A DNA stretch of 64,000 nucleotides from Camelus dromedarius (lineage: Eukaryota): NCBI RefSeq assembly GCF_036321535.1, contig NC_087438.1, forward strand, positions 6,078,001-6,142,000, written 5' to 3'. A program made the translations under genes and the position numbers. The notes beneath the pieces are model-generated. The model searched no databases and had not been told where the DNA came from. It worked only from the letters and a program-made list of their open reading frames with translations. Shown here piece after piece: positions 13,211-26,463 of the stretch. Each line of letters begins with the position of its first letter. Position 1 is the stretch's first letter.

Positions 13211-14149
13211 TGTAGAACATGTAGACACTAATTGCAAATGAGAAGCATCAGGAAAGATACCTGATCCTGTTTGGAAACATTGTTGTGGTGATAAATGGTT
13301 TACTTGGGGAGCGAACTATAGTACTATTTAGTTTGTACAGAAAACATGAAGAGAAGTTTCTTTTAAGAAGAATTAAGAAGCATCCCTTGACAGTGATGAA
13401 GAACTCACCATATGTTGAAGGGAGAACCTGTTTCATCCGTGGGTGTTACCTGTGTTCCTGCATTAAAACGAGAGGAAGGTCTTGACTGCAGATGGTGAAA
13501 AGGAAATTAATGGGGCAGCTGCACAAAGGAGCTAGGGGGAAGATTCCATCTCAAGCGATCTGACAGCCCACAGAAGAGAAAGCAAAACCCTATGCAGGAT
13601 ATGAAGGTTTAATTCACAGAACTCTATGAAATTCCTAATTGTTCATGTGGAAAGAAATTAGTTTCCAAATGACTGAAAAGACAGCAAATCGGGGGTTCAG
13701 GAGAGAGGCAGGATGAAAGAAACGAAAATGCAGTTTCATAAAGATAAGAAATTTACATTTGTGGAGGTATTTTCAGAAAAGAATACGTGCTGGAGTGGTT
13801 TCATTTCTTTTTTCTGTCTTCGTTATTATTTCCAATGAGTTACAGACCAGGTTTGTTTTTGGGTCACTCCTTTGTGTATATGAATATGTGACCTTGATTT
13901 TGAATTGAAGTGCTTGACGTGTGCGACAAATCTGAACTGCAGAGCTGTGAGTTGTCTATTCAGTAACAGCGGCAAAGCAGTAAGATAATCCCCAGCTGAT
14001 CATGGTGCCAGGCAGATAGGCAGGGAGTATAACTTTGGAGGTCTGGTGCCATGAGGATGTGCACACCTTTGGTGGGCTACCCCAGGGCAGATCACCCTGG
14101 GTCCACTGACAGGCCAGCCCTGGGCTTGTTTCAGATGCAGCAGACTTGA

Positions 14150-14198
14150 GTGTGTGTGTGTGTGTGTGTGCGTGTGTGTGTGTGTGAGAGAGAGAGAG
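14150..14198. repeat. (TG)n(AG)n compound microsatellite
   Basis: Directly visible, with one CG interruption. Confidence 0.97.
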
Positions 14199-14766
14199 TG
14201 CTTGACTCTAATTATCAGCCAATGTCTAATCGATATTTTTGTTTCATTATCAGCCTCCTTTCAATTTCAGCTCCACTCCATCCTTAGTGGCTGACCCTGG
14301 GTCCTGACATAAAACAGCACTGACTGAGTCGCTATGACAATTGGTTTAATACATTCAACAGTCTGTGTAAATAACAACCGTACCACTCACTGATCTACGG
14401 AGCTGAACTGCTAGCATTGCCAGCCATGTGCCGTGGCTTATCCAGCCCCCTAGATGTTGTATAAAGATATTTGAGAAAACAATCTGCACAAATCACTTAG
14501 AAAATGCCAGAAGCTTTTTAATATTAGAGACTGGTTAGATCTCAACTATATAGCTCAAAATGCCGATTTAGACTGAAAGGTCTCCAGGCCAATAGAATTA
14601 AATTTAATTTGTTAAAATAGGACACTTTATTGTAAATAGTGACATTTAAAATGTTCCATGGAATTTTTAACTTAAGTTAGGTAATATTAAACCATAAATC
14701 AGTTTAGAGGTCAACCTTTTCTTTCTGTATTTTGAACTGGATTGGAGAGAGTGACCCCGGGAAATC

Positions 14767-15387
14767 TTTGTTTTGTAAATAGCTTTGTGGAGGTACAACT
14801 TGTATTTAAGCAACTACACGTATTTAAAGCATACAATTCAGTTAACCCCGACATACCTATACACCTGCAAAACCTACTACAATCAAAACAGTAACATCTT
14901 CATCGCCTCCAAAATTCCCTCCTGCTTCTTTGTGTTTGTTTTGTTTGTTTTATTTTTTATTGTGGTGAGAACATTTAACGTGAGATTTACTCTTTGAACA
15001 AAATTGTAAGTGCACAATGTTGTATTATTTACTACAGGCACAATACTGTGCATCAGATCTTTCAACTTTATCCATCTTGCATAATAGAAACTTTGCACCC
15101 ATGAACAGCAACTCCCCATTGCCCTCTGCACCCAGCCCCTGGCAAGCACCATCCCACTCTCTGCTTCTGTAAGTGTGACCACTGTAGGCACCTCAGGTAA
15201 GTGGACTCACACAGTGTTTGTCTTTCTGTGACTGGCTTATTTCACTTAGCATAATGTCCTCCAAGTTTAGCCATGTTGCTGTGTGTGGCAAGATCTCCTT
15301 TTTTAAAGGCTGAATAACATTTCGTTGTATGTATATTTTATGTTTTTTTAATCCATTAATCCATCAGTAGACATTTAGGTTGATTTC
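14767..15387 (-). mobile_element. L1 3' UTR and ORF2 end (L1MA9/L1MB-like), non-inverted part
   Basis: GTGGTGAGAACATTTAA, CCCAGCCCCTGGCAAGCACCAT, TGTGACTGGCTTATTTCACTTAGCATAATGTCCTCCA, GACATTTAGGTTG. Confidence 0.9.
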
Positions 15388-16025
15388 TTGGATGTGAAAC
15401 CAAAGGCAAGGGCAGCAAAAACAAAAACAGACAAGTGGGACGAATTAAACTAAAAAGCTTCTGCACAGCAAAGGAAACAACAGAATGAAAAGGCAGCCTA
15501 CAGAATGGGAGAAAATATTTGCAAGACGTCTGTCTGTTGGTGATAATACCTAAAATAAATAAGAGACTCCTATAACTCAATAGCAAGAAAACAAACACAA
15601 ACCCACAAACCCAGTCAGAAAAGGGCGAAGGACTGGAATATCCATTTCTCCAAAGAAGACATACAAATGGCCAACAAGTATGTGCAAGGTACTCATTGTC
15701 GCTAATCATCAGGAAATGTCAATCAAAACCACAATGAAATATCACCCCACACCTGTCAGAATGGCTATTCTCCAAAAAAAAAAAAAATAGTATTGGTGAA
15801 GATGTGGAGAAATTAAAGCCCTTGCGCACTGTTGGTGTCAATGTAAAACGGTGCAGCCACTGAGGAAAACAGTGTGATGTTCCCTCAAAAAAAATAAAAA
15901 CAGAACAAACAAATGACCCAACAATCCCACTTTTAGATGAATATCTAAAAGAATTGCAATCAGGATCTCAAAAACATCCGTGCTCCTACGTTCATTGCAG
16001 CGTTACTCACACAGTCAAGACGGAA
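15381..16025 (+). mobile_element. Inverted L1 ORF2 segment of the same insertion
   Basis: Encodes remnants LKSFCTAKET and MKRQPTEWEKIFA; also ATCAAAACCACAATGAAATATCACCCCACACCTGTCAGAATGGCT; ends at TTCATTGCAGCGTTACTCACACAGTCAAGA. Confidence 0.9.
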
Positions 16026-18903
16026 GGATCCTGATGCCACATTTACTTAACACATCCAGTACTAGTTCATCACCAAACCGGCTCCCAGACCAGCCTCCTG
16101 GTGACCAGCAGTTTTCCACCTGAACAGCTCTCAGGTTCTTTTTCTCTCTCCCTCCTCCTTTTTCCCCACTGTATGCTTGGGACCCTGTTGGAGGTGTGGA
16201 CACAGCCCAGTAGATGCCAGCCCCTATGTGAGCTGGTCCACAGTGACTGGGGACGTGAAGGTCAGGATTCCTGGGATCACAGCAAACTTGCTAGAGGGCG
16301 AGCACTGAGGACATAGCTTTGGCAGCCTTGAAACAAGCAAGTAGGGACGTACTTTAGCGTCAAGAAAAAAGTCGCCTTTTCTCACGCAGTGCCCCCCCAG
16401 CAGCCCGTCTCCTGACAGTCTAACATCTTCCTGGTTGGGAAAGGAGGAGTCCTCAGTGTTGCTGGTTATTTTGTCACAGAGCAAGATGATGAGAGGGTGT
16501 TTGGAGGAGAGGGGCGGTAAATTGATGAGTGACACAGCTGATCTCCTGGCATGGTCTCTGGTAGGTGTTATTGACTCATACATTTTTATTTTGTGTTTTC
16601 TGTCTTCCAGAGTGCTTAGATCTGACCAGCGGTGGTGCATCTCAGCACTAGGAGACTGGGGAATGGTTCACCCGCAAGGCACTTACAACGTGGCAAGTGG
16701 ATCGGTAATTCAGTAAAGAAAGCAGGATGCCGTGCTCACGGAGGATGAGAAGAAATCAGTCATAGTGATTCATGTCCTCAGCAACACTGGAGTGTTTAGA
16801 AGTGTCACTGTGCAGGAAAAAGATGTGAGTATCTTAGTTTGTTTGAAAGGAATCATCCATCAAAGAACAGACGTTTTAAGAGCAAGGCACAGAGACACAT
16901 GAAATCAAAATGTTTACACATAAGAAGTTGGTTATAATCACAATCAATAAAATTTTGCATTGTACTGGGGAGTTAATTACTGTAAGCTAAATCAACCTCA
17001 ATCTCTCTCTCTCTCCGAATATTTTCACAGTATGAATAATGGCATAAAGTTTTTTCACAAATTCAAAATTGTAACATTTTCTTTTCATAAAACTAGATGG
17101 TCATGAAACCAGTTATGCCACACATACTGAAAATCACCTCTTTGTCCATTTGTGATTGTGGCCGAACCTGGGTCATTGTCCCCTGATAACGCCGGGCCAT
17201 TCTCTTTATCAAGTGATTGTCTCTTGCCCAAGGAGGACAGGATGAGTGATGGCTTTAACTTCACAGGACAGAATCAATGCCACGTGTTGAGATAGGCTCC
17301 CCACATAAGCCAGCAATTTTTTATTCAAACAAGAGCCTGGCTTGGAATCCCTGAAAAATATCCTGAAGGGTGTTCAGAGTTGCCACAATCTATATAACGA
17401 ATCAGGCTTTTACACGTCTCCCAAGAGAAGCTGCCTCCTATGGTATCAAGGAGATTTTCTGAATCATGTACTGTTCCACTGTGAAATAAATAATGGCCAA
17501 AGTATAAGGGATGGGGGTGTAAGGAAGGGGGTCTAGAGGGTGGGGGGAAGGCGTTGGTCCACTGGACTTGGGATCTGGGATCAGTGCAGCCACTCATTTG
17601 GCCATTCAGTGGTAATTTGTGCTACCAGTTATTTGGGGAAAATGGAAAAATCTTTAATTCAAGAATTAAATTTCTTTTTAGCTATGATTAACTCTTAATT
17701 GATAAAAACAGTCAAGTAATATAATTATTTTGGGTAAAATGAATTCTAGTATTCTCTTCTAGGAATGATCTAAAAGACCTGTTTACACACTCCGGTTGAG
17801 TAAAAGGCCACCAGACCTCATCTAACTGTGGGTGTCCAGCACGTAACGAGGCACGCGAGACTCGGAACGGTCACATGGTAGAAGATGAATAAATGCTGAA
17901 TAATTGATAGAATCTGTAGACTGAGACATTGGACTGGAAATCAGATTCCATGGGTAACTTTTTTATTTTTTCTGGATGATTCCTCCACACTCCAATCCCT
18001 GAGCTGTGAGGAAGCTCTCAAAAGAGATGTCAGTGTCCCCTGGAGGATGATTTACATTTCCAATATAGTGTGGGTTAAAAGGCCCTCGAAGAGAAATGGC
18101 ACGCAATCACCTGGGCCCCAGGGGGCCTCACGGGAGGATGTGGCTCCAGAGTGAGTTATTTGAAGACTGTAAGGCAAACGCCGCCCTGTCAATAATGACA
18201 AGCTCTTTCAGAGGATGAGTCGTGAGAGAATAAATCATAAATAGGTTTTCAGGTGTCAGTCAGGAAATAAGCTATTACTTTGTCCCAGGCAGAGCAGCTG
18301 GGGACCAGAGAGCAGGCTATTGCGTATCTGGATGCTGCCGTGAGCTCTGGGTACCATGACAACCAGGACAAGCGTGGGAATAACAATCATTCCCAGGTAA
18401 ATGGATGACAACAGGTTCCCCTTCCGAACTCAGAATACAGAGGCTAAGAGGTATAAATGGATAATTCATTGCACTAACTCCATGCGTGACATTCCTGACA
18501 ATGTCCAGACTTCTGGAGGCCATCGGGCAGGCCCAGGGCCACGGGCGGGTGGGATGGAGAGCTAATCCAAGCAGCATCTCTTCCCCGCCTTGCTGTGTGA
18601 GGCTTGGCAACATCCCATCTTCACCCTGGGTAGGAGAGCAATCATCAGAATCTTTGCCGACTGCCACTGGGAAGCAAACATTAAGGGAATGAAGTGGAGA
18701 TAGTTTGAAATAAACTTCCGATAGCTCATATTTTGCATAGAAAGTGAGTTATTTGCTATTATGGAAGGATATTTTTGAAATTCTAAAAACTTTCATCATC
18801 CACTCATCTTGTGATTTTAGTAACAAAAGGATCTGGGTGGCAGGAGGCTGAGTGGACCCCTCTAATTAGATCTTTGATACTTACTTTTGAGTGGCATTTC
18901 TTT

Positions 18904-18946
18904 AAAAAAAAAAAAAAAAAAGAAAAAAACAGAAACAAAAACAAAA
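18904..18946. repeat. Poly(A)/A-rich tract
   Basis: Long A run followed by GAAAAAAACAGAAACAAAAACAAAA. Confidence 0.9.
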
Positions 18947-19174
18947 GGCTCGGATTTGGGCTTGCGCAAACATGATAGGGCCAGAATCAGAATGTACCAT
19001 GTAAGACACAGTGATTGAAACTTCCATGTGCTGTATGCATTCTTCCTTCTGTCACAGTTTTCGCTACATTAAAGTGCCAATCTGCCTGTTAAACACAACA
19101 CACGTTAGTTTTAGGTATAATCAGAGTTACTCCAAAGCCCATCAGGGAAAAAAAATACTCCTGAACTCCTTTTC

Positions 19175-19972
19175 TGTAGACTTTCTCAAGTTGTGGCTAA
19201 ATTCTGCACCCAGTTCTAATGTGTGGGTTTTTTCCCTACACTAAGCAATTCTCCAACAGCAGCTGGGTATCGTAAGAGTCAACTCAATTCTGACACTGTC
19301 TACCCAGAGACAGCATCAGATTCCACAGGTTAAGGGTTCAGTCCTAAAAGACTTCTCTCCATTTCAGATACAAATCAAAAGGCCAGATTGTGACCTGGGC
19401 TTCTGACCAAATGGCTGTGGTTGGGATGTTCCCATAGCCTCATCTTGGGTTCAATTAATGTGCTAGAGCATCTTCCAGAACTCAGAGAAATATTTTACTT
19501 ATTATATTATTGGTTTATTATAAAAGGATATACTCAGGAACAGCCAGATGAAGAGGAGCAGAGGGCAAGGTCTGGGGAAAGAGTGTGGCACTTCTGTGCC
19601 CTCTCCAAGTGCACCACTCTACCAGAATAACCACATGCTCACCAACCTGGAAGCTCTCTGCACCCCATCCTTTTGGGGTTTTATGGAGTCTTCATTACAC
19701 AGGCATGGTTGATTAAATCTTCAGCCCCTCTCCCCTCCCTGGAGGTCAAACTGGAGGGGCTGAAAGTTCCAACGCTCCAATCCCATGATTGGTTCCCCTG
19801 GTAAGCAGCTCCAGCCTTGGGTGCTTTTCAAAAGTCACCTGGTTGACTTAAACTCAGGTGTGGTTGAAAGGTATTTTTATGAATGTAAATTCCAAGGGTT
19901 TTCAGAGCTCTGTGCCAGGAATGGGGACAAAGACCAAAATACATACTTCTTTTTACAAATCACAATATGATA
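19175..19972 (-). mobile_element. MER21-family LTR
   Basis: CAATTCTGACACTGTCTACC..CCACAGGTTAAGGGTTCAGTCC, GGTTTATTATAAAAGGATA..GAACAGCCAGATGAAGAG, ending GGGGACAAAGACCAAAATA..CACAATAT. Confidence 0.85.
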
Positions 19973-20614
19973 GTGGCTTATATGTTTCTGTGGGTGAAAG
20001 ACATTTTCTCAGACACAAGAATTCGATAAAATCTTTATCAGGCTGTATTTTTTATCTCATTGAGAATCTTGATTTTTTTTTTGATTAAGGAAAACCTTTT
20101 CTTCTAAATTGATAATCTGTATTGAAGGTTATTTCATAGAATAAGCCTTCTGATACTTCAGTTTGTCTTTTGCAAAGTGGGGTTGCACACCCTTGCTATT
20201 TTGTTTCAACTTTAAAGGAAAACATTACTCAAGTTTGGGAAATTCTGCTCTGCACCTAAATTTGTCACCCCTTGTTCCCGGAACTTCGGCATATAACTCA
20301 GTAATGCTAAGCAGTTGGCCTCTTTCTTGGGGTCCAGCATAACTGCCTTGTTTTGCTCATTCCCCTGACTACTAAAACCAACACCTGTTAATATCAAGAT
20401 TGAACAATAAAATCTAACTGGTATGGAGGAAATGTTCATATTTGTACTTTTAATGCAAATAAAATATTTCAGATTTTCACTGTTAATATTCATAGATGTG
20501 AACAGAGAAAAGAGAATGTGACTAAAGCAAACGAAAGCTGTTTGGAGGCTGAGTGAATAAATATGTATCTTTGATTAATGGTAAATCCATTTCAGCATTA
20601 GAATTAAACCAAGG

Positions 20615-20920
20615 TGTTGAGAGACAGTTCTCTGTGTGCTTCTCAAGTTTCTGGGAGTCTTGTGAACAGACAGTATGTGATTTTACTCTGGACTATCTTT
20701 CCAAGAAGTTCTGTATAGCAAACAGCGTTGGAAGGCAGGACATACTTACTTACTGTGTAGTAAAATAAAGACAGAGTCTCCCTCCAAGCAAAGAGTAGGC
20801 ATGTTTATTGCCTATTTTAAAAGATTCAGGTTCCCTAAGCACAGGATTCCTATTTTCTCATGCAGTCCACTGTGTGTGGACAGGTATCATCTAGCCTTCT
20901 TCACATCTTCCTGTCACAAG
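20615..20920 (+). mobile_element. ERVL-class LTR fragment (MER54/MER74-like)
   Basis: TGTTGAGAGACAGTTCTC start; GGACTATCTTTCCAAG, TATAGCAAACAGCGTTGGAAG, AAAAGATTCAGGTTCCCTAAGC. Confidence 0.6.
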
Positions 20921-22974
20921 CGAAAAATGTATGATTGATCTCCTTTAATATGAAATAAGAGAGACTGGAAATATTTAACAGGAATATATAGATATGGAAT
21001 TCAGTTAATGAAAAGTTAGTGCAGATGGACTGTGGTTCCAAAGATAGACCTGGAAACAACAGGAGGAATTTGCAGGAAGTCACGGGTTTTGGAAATTTTG
21101 AGTTGACTGGCATTGGATTGGATATTTCTTAAGTACATCCCCAGCTCTTCAGACAGAGTCTGCATGATCACGTGGAGAGAGGGGATCTGCCCTCAGGTGG
21201 CACTGGCTAAGTGAGTTCCAAGTGGCCTCATTATATCCCTTCATTCTGTGGCTGGAGGACCAGGCTACTGAGTGTTTGGGGACCAAGGGCTCAGCACTCA
21301 GGCTGACTCTGCGAATTCCTTATCAGAGCACTTGCAGTCACTGAAAACACCACAAGGATGTGCAGCTCCAAGCACGCCTTCTTATCACATCACCTTTCAC
21401 AAAATCATCACTAGTCATCTGTTTCCTTCTCTTCTGGGTAAATAATAGGAAACGTATTCACATTGAGAGGCAGATCATTCATCAGTAAAATGCATCATAT
21501 CCATCTTTCCTAGGGTTCACCTTTAGGGATTATCCCAGTACCATTTGTTAGTGTCAAGGTTCCAGTGGAAAAAAAGTCTATGGCAATGGCTTTAAGGTAT
21601 TTTTCTTCTTCCACGAAGCTGTGCTTCCATGTCTGCGGACCTTGCTCAGAAACCGTCTGGAGAACACAGGCCGCTCCAGAAAAGGTGTTGCATTGGGTGT
21701 TTGAGGGAGGTTTTCCTTTTGTTTAATTTGGAAATGCGGCACGCGGCAGTGGTTCCGTACAGAACATAAAGTCATAGCACTGGGAAGCACGAGTTCCTCT
21801 CCCTAATTTATCAGTGATTTCCACTCCGATCATCTCTGACACTGAGCATCTGCTCAGGAGCTTGTTGGTCCCAACACGTCCCCAGAGCATCCCCAGCGGG
21901 AGGGCGGGGGGCCTGCCTCCAGACCAGCCCAGATGAAGCCCCAGGTGTCTCCTGTTTTCTAACAGGTGCTGCCTGAGCTGCCATTAGCCTGACAGAGACA
22001 GAGAGAAAAAATACAAAGTGATAGCGCCACACAACACAGCTGCTTGCTGAGTCTCCCAAGACTCGTAATTTCACAGCTTCTGTTGAGAACATTAGTGGGG
22101 AGTTAACTAGCCATGGTTGTGACTGATACTGAGGTCCATGATTTTTCTTCTTATGGGACTGATGTGTTATCTAGGCTAATTTGCAGACGTTTACTAGCTA
22201 GAGGTTTCACACCAGCATGAAAAATAAATCACATGTGATGAAAACCTATTAGAAACATCCAAATAGGCAGTCTGCAAGCTGCCCCCCAATCACTGAAAGG
22301 TATCAAGAGATAACAACCAAACGAAGGAATCCTTTGAGAGCTTCAGCTAAAATTTCACATTTTTAAAAAAGGAGAATTTTCACATCTTAATTGGGGTCAG
22401 AATTTGTAGAATCTCAACCTCAGTGGAGATGCCATGAAGGGCAAATTGTGCTTAAATCTTACCAGAATAATGCAGGTTGCGGGGAGGGTATTGGGGAGGG
22501 GAGGGGGTCTCGGGCCAGCCTGTCCACCAAGGGAGCGAGGATGCAGTGATGCAGGCTCCAGTTGGGGCTTCTCCCAGAAAATGTTTCTACCAGGCACATG
22601 CCAAATCCTTCCAGAGGGGCCGTGGGGGGAAGTTAATGCCCTCATGTCTTCCAACTACAGACAATAACACAGATTTCAAGGGCACTAAGAATCCAGCATA
22701 GAGCTCCTGACACAATGTAACAGGAGCATTACTAAACTCTTTGTAGCTGAGCCTGTGCGATGACGGGCAAAGAGGCCATTGCGTAGTAACCAGGCATGGA
22801 CTCCAGTCCCATCTAACATGAGTCTACACTGCCAGGATCTGCCCAAGGCTTGCAGAGGGCCAGGATGCAGTGTCAGAGCTGACTGGGCCGCTGTGTTCGC
22901 ACCCACCTCCGAGGTTCCAATGAGTGTCAGGGGCCTGCCTTCCGAAGACAGGGACCTCAACCCTCGGCACTGCG

Positions 22975-23245
22975 GTTGCGTTAGGATCTGATCTGCATTT
23001 TTAATTAGCGCTTGGATTGTGAGAAGCGGACGGATGACTGGAACATTCTGAATGTAAGATGCGCTGCAGATGTGAGGTGTGCAGGCAAGGAAGGAAGCAA
23101 GGATGACTGCAGTGCTGTCAGGGCGACTGCGTTTTTGGTGCTAGCAGCTAACAAGCCGGGGCAGGCTTTGAGGAAGCAGGTTTGTGTGTGTGCAGGGCGG
23201 AGGTGCGGAGGGGAGGGAGCGCTGTAGTGCTGAGTTAAGCAAAAG
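22975..23245 (-). mobile_element. L2 fragment
   Basis: Antisense reads AAACCTGCTTCCTC..AGTCATCCTTGCTTCCT..CACACCTCACATCT, an L2 ORF2 3' region. Confidence 0.5.
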
Positions 23246-23254
23246 TGAGGAGCT

Positions 23255-24080
23255 TTCCCTCACTCCTCCCCTCCCCAGTTCATCCATGAGGCGGTCCAGT
23301 TGGCACCGCCTCTAATACTCACCCCAGACCCTTCCACATGCCCCCACTTCTGCAGTCCCTTCCCGTGTGCTCAGCATCATCCCCTGAGCATCCGTTCTTT
23401 CCCTCCTGTATTCCATACTCCATTTTCCATGCAACAGTCATGAATCTTTTAAAAATGCCAATCAGATCCTATCACTTTGCTGTTTAAAATCTTCTAATGA
23501 ATACTTATCAGATTTAGGGTAGATGTCAACCCTGGCTCATCGCGGGTCTGTATGTCTGGCTCTGCCATTTTTTCACTCTCCAGCCACACCACTCTCCATC
23601 TCCCACTGCAGTCGGCACGAGAGCCCTTTGTTCCTGAGCCTCCCCAAAGAGCCCATTGACAGGACTTTGGGAATGACCGTTAGCCCTGCTTGATGTCTAC
23701 ATACATGGCTCCTTCCCGTCTCTGGAATCACAGTTTAAAATGCCACTCTTCAGAGAAATTTTGTCTGCTCACACAGTCTAAAGTAGCCACCTACCCCCCC
23801 CCCCATCACAGAACTCTGCTGAAATTCCATCGTTACTGGCATTGTTCTTGTCAATGTGTTCGTTTGTTGTTTCCAAGCTGCCTCTCCCAAATGGAATTAA
23901 GGTACTTGAGAAAGGGATCTGTTCTCTTTGATCAAGTCAGACAGTGCCTGATACCTGGAAACTCAAATATTATTTGAGCAAATTAATTGTCATTTCCCCA
24001 GTGCCTCACAAGTGCACTTGGCATAAAGCAGATGCTCAGTGAAAGTTTCGAAGGTTTTTTTTTTTCTTTAATAAATGAGT
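23255..24080 (+). mobile_element. L2 3' region (L2a-like) plus a second short L2 terminus
   Basis: CTTTTAAAAATGCCAATCAGATCCTATCACT..TTAAAATCTTCTAATG; AATGCCACTCTTCAGAGA; ACAGTGCCTGATAC..CTCAAATATTATTTGAGCAAATTAA, then CCCCAGTGCC..TTGGCATAAAGCAGATGCTCAGTGAA. Confidence 0.8.
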
Positions 24081-25499
24081 ACCGGAAGAAAGACCCAAAA
24101 GACACTCGAGAATCATCCAAGTGTCTCATTTCTCTTCATTGTATCACTTGAGCAGGCAGTAACAAGTAATTTCCCTACTCTTTGAATCAAAATACTGCTG
24201 TGAAAACTGGCAGCTAGGTTCTCTGATGTAACTAATATTCTCCTTCCGTTTTGAACTTAGAAGCGTTATCTCAGGATTTTCAAGCTGATTTGTCATGTAT
24301 TGTTAAAAACTGTCGCCAGGTGTATCACCCCCCACGAATCGAGACCGTTTGTCCTGTTCGCCTCGGGATGGAAATCAGTGCACCTGCCGTCGTCAAAAGA
24401 AGATTAGACGCCTCCTTTTCAAGTGGGGGGCATTTGCTTCTCTTCCGGGGGACATTTCACTCTCAAAGATGGAGTCTGATTAGGAAAACAGCAGCATGTT
24501 TGCAGACAGTTTGCAATGTCAATTTATTGTAGAATAACAATGACGTGAAGTAGATGTTCCTTTACTTCCCCACGGAAAGCAAAAAGATAGTGCAGTCTGA
24601 ATAATGAACAGAATCAGATCTCACTAAACCAGCCATTTATAAAATTGACTGTTACATTCATGCCCCAATTGATACATATGAAATTAGCCTGACTGAAACA
24701 CATCACCAGGGTTTGGGCAATGATGGAGAGGAGAGGAAAAGAGCACTGACAGCATCGTCACCCAGCTGGGGTGCCTGAGCCCAAGAGTGCACGAGGTGGG
24801 CAGCAGTCTTGGGGGAAACGCAGCCTGTGGAGAACTGATTTACCTCAATGCTTTGAAGAAAATGTTAGGCAGTTAAACTTACAATATTAAGAGCATCATT
24901 TTTTAATTGAAATAACACATTCTTAGGGATGCTAAGAAGCAGAATGCATCTTCACAAGAATTTGTGTGATGTGAGATGAAACTATAAAGGGAGACCCCTT
25001 AGGCATAAGGACGGTTTAGTTTCTATAATCGAGGCCTCTGGGTGTTCCCACTGCCGTTCAGTTCCCCCCGCTATTCAGAGTGTTCAGCAGAAAAGTCCAA
25101 GAAGAAGGATCACCTTTCTGCTGCCCCCACCCCGAGCCCCAGCAGACCCACCCTCTCCCAGCTGTGCTTTCTTTCCTTTCTTGAAAAATCCCACCTGGCT
25201 CCTCCATGACCTGCTCATAGACACTCCCTCAAGGGGATTTTACCACAAAGAATCCACTGAAGCTGCCCACGTCACATTCCACAAGCTTCTGAAACTCACC
25301 CATTCCACTGGCCTTCACTCTCTGCTCCAGCACCCGAATGCGAGCGCCGCAATTCCAGCATCCATGTTCCATCTCTGCATTCCTCATTCTTGGTACCATC
25401 GGGGCTCAGTAAGCCCTGGAGAATTCTTGGACTTACTTTTCATCTTGGATATTTGTGCTGGACTTGATGACAGAATAGTGGATAAGAAAGTCCCATGAG

Positions 25500-25660
25500 C
25501 AAGAAGAAGCATAAAGAGAGGGTAGGCAGTGAGGGGGATAGTGATGTGAGATGATACGGAGAGGCAGGTAAAACCACACCTTGCAGGACCTGGTGGGTCA
25601 AGGCAAGGAACTGGACTTAGACCAAGTGCAATGAGAAGCCTTGAGAGCTTTCATGGAGAG
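25500..25660 (-). mobile_element. L2 fragment
   Basis: GGAGAGGCAGG..TGCAGGACCTGGTGGGTCAAGGCAAGGAACTGGACTT..AGTGCAATGAGAAGCC. Confidence 0.6.
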
Positions 25661-25689
25661 CACTCACAAATTAGCAAGTTACTGCAATT

Positions 25690-26463
25690 TCCATATGATG
25701 GCTGAACAGTATTTTGCAAAGTACTTTTAAATCTTAAATTCATATAATCAATAATACTCTTAAATGTATAGAGTCTAAATGCCACCTGTTTGTATTATGG
25801 CAATCAGATGGATGCAGAATGCTACATTAGGAAATAATTTCATTATTTAGAATACTTAATGGGATTTAATTAAGTATTACTTAAATTTAAATAAAATTTT
25901 GGTGTCAAATAATTTGACAAAATGTTATATTCAATAATTATGTTTGTATTCTTCTAATTTTAATATGTAATTCTTAAGATTTGAACTTTTTGTCACATTT
26001 CCATTAATTTAGATGTTTGAGGAAAATAAATTCAATTTTGTATATTTCAAACACAATTACATTTCATTTTTAGTCTTTTAGATTATTAAAATCAGTAAAA
26101 TAAAAAGTGAATTTGTGTCACACAAAATGTGAACACACTGGTGTGAAAATCTTTACTATAAAAACAGTAATTTTATCTTAATGTTATTATTTATCCAAAC
26201 ATTGTCAGCTTACTAATAAAATGCTTAGACATGGGCAATTATAACTTGTTTCAATTGTTTTAGTATTTTGTTGACTTTTGGTTATGTAAAAACATAGCTT
26301 TTTTTATGTTGTCATTTTAACAATGTATCTGGAAAGGTAGAATGATAAAACGTATTTTATTGAACAAATTGTTAGCTTGATTTGCACATATTACCTGTGA
26401 CATGGTTTGAGGGGTATCTGTTTGTACCCTTGCCACGGGTTCTGCGATGTTAGGCATGGGTCC
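25690..26463. mobile_element. Probable hAT-Tip100 DNA transposon remnant (Zaphod/MER115-like)
   Basis: Very AT-rich body ending TTTGTACCCTTGCCACGGGTTCTGCGATGTTAGGCATGGGTCC, resembling the recalled GC-rich terminus; left boundary uncertain. Confidence 0.45.

Noticed and set aside
12930..13241. Four overlapping ORFs in the CpG-rich block
   Set aside because: Expected from stop-codon scarcity in GC-rich DNA; low-complexity R/P/G peptides with no homology I recognise.
18904..18946. Poly(A) run as tail of a retrocopy
   Set aside because: No recognisable element body, polyA signal or TSD next to it.
22975..23330. Back-to-back L2 fragments as an inversion event
   Set aside because: They seem to cover overlapping consensus positions and are too diverged to distinguish from two independent copies.
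25870..25884. TTAAGTA-T-TACTTAA palindrome
   Set aside because: Short and likely by chance in very AT-rich transposon-derived DNA.
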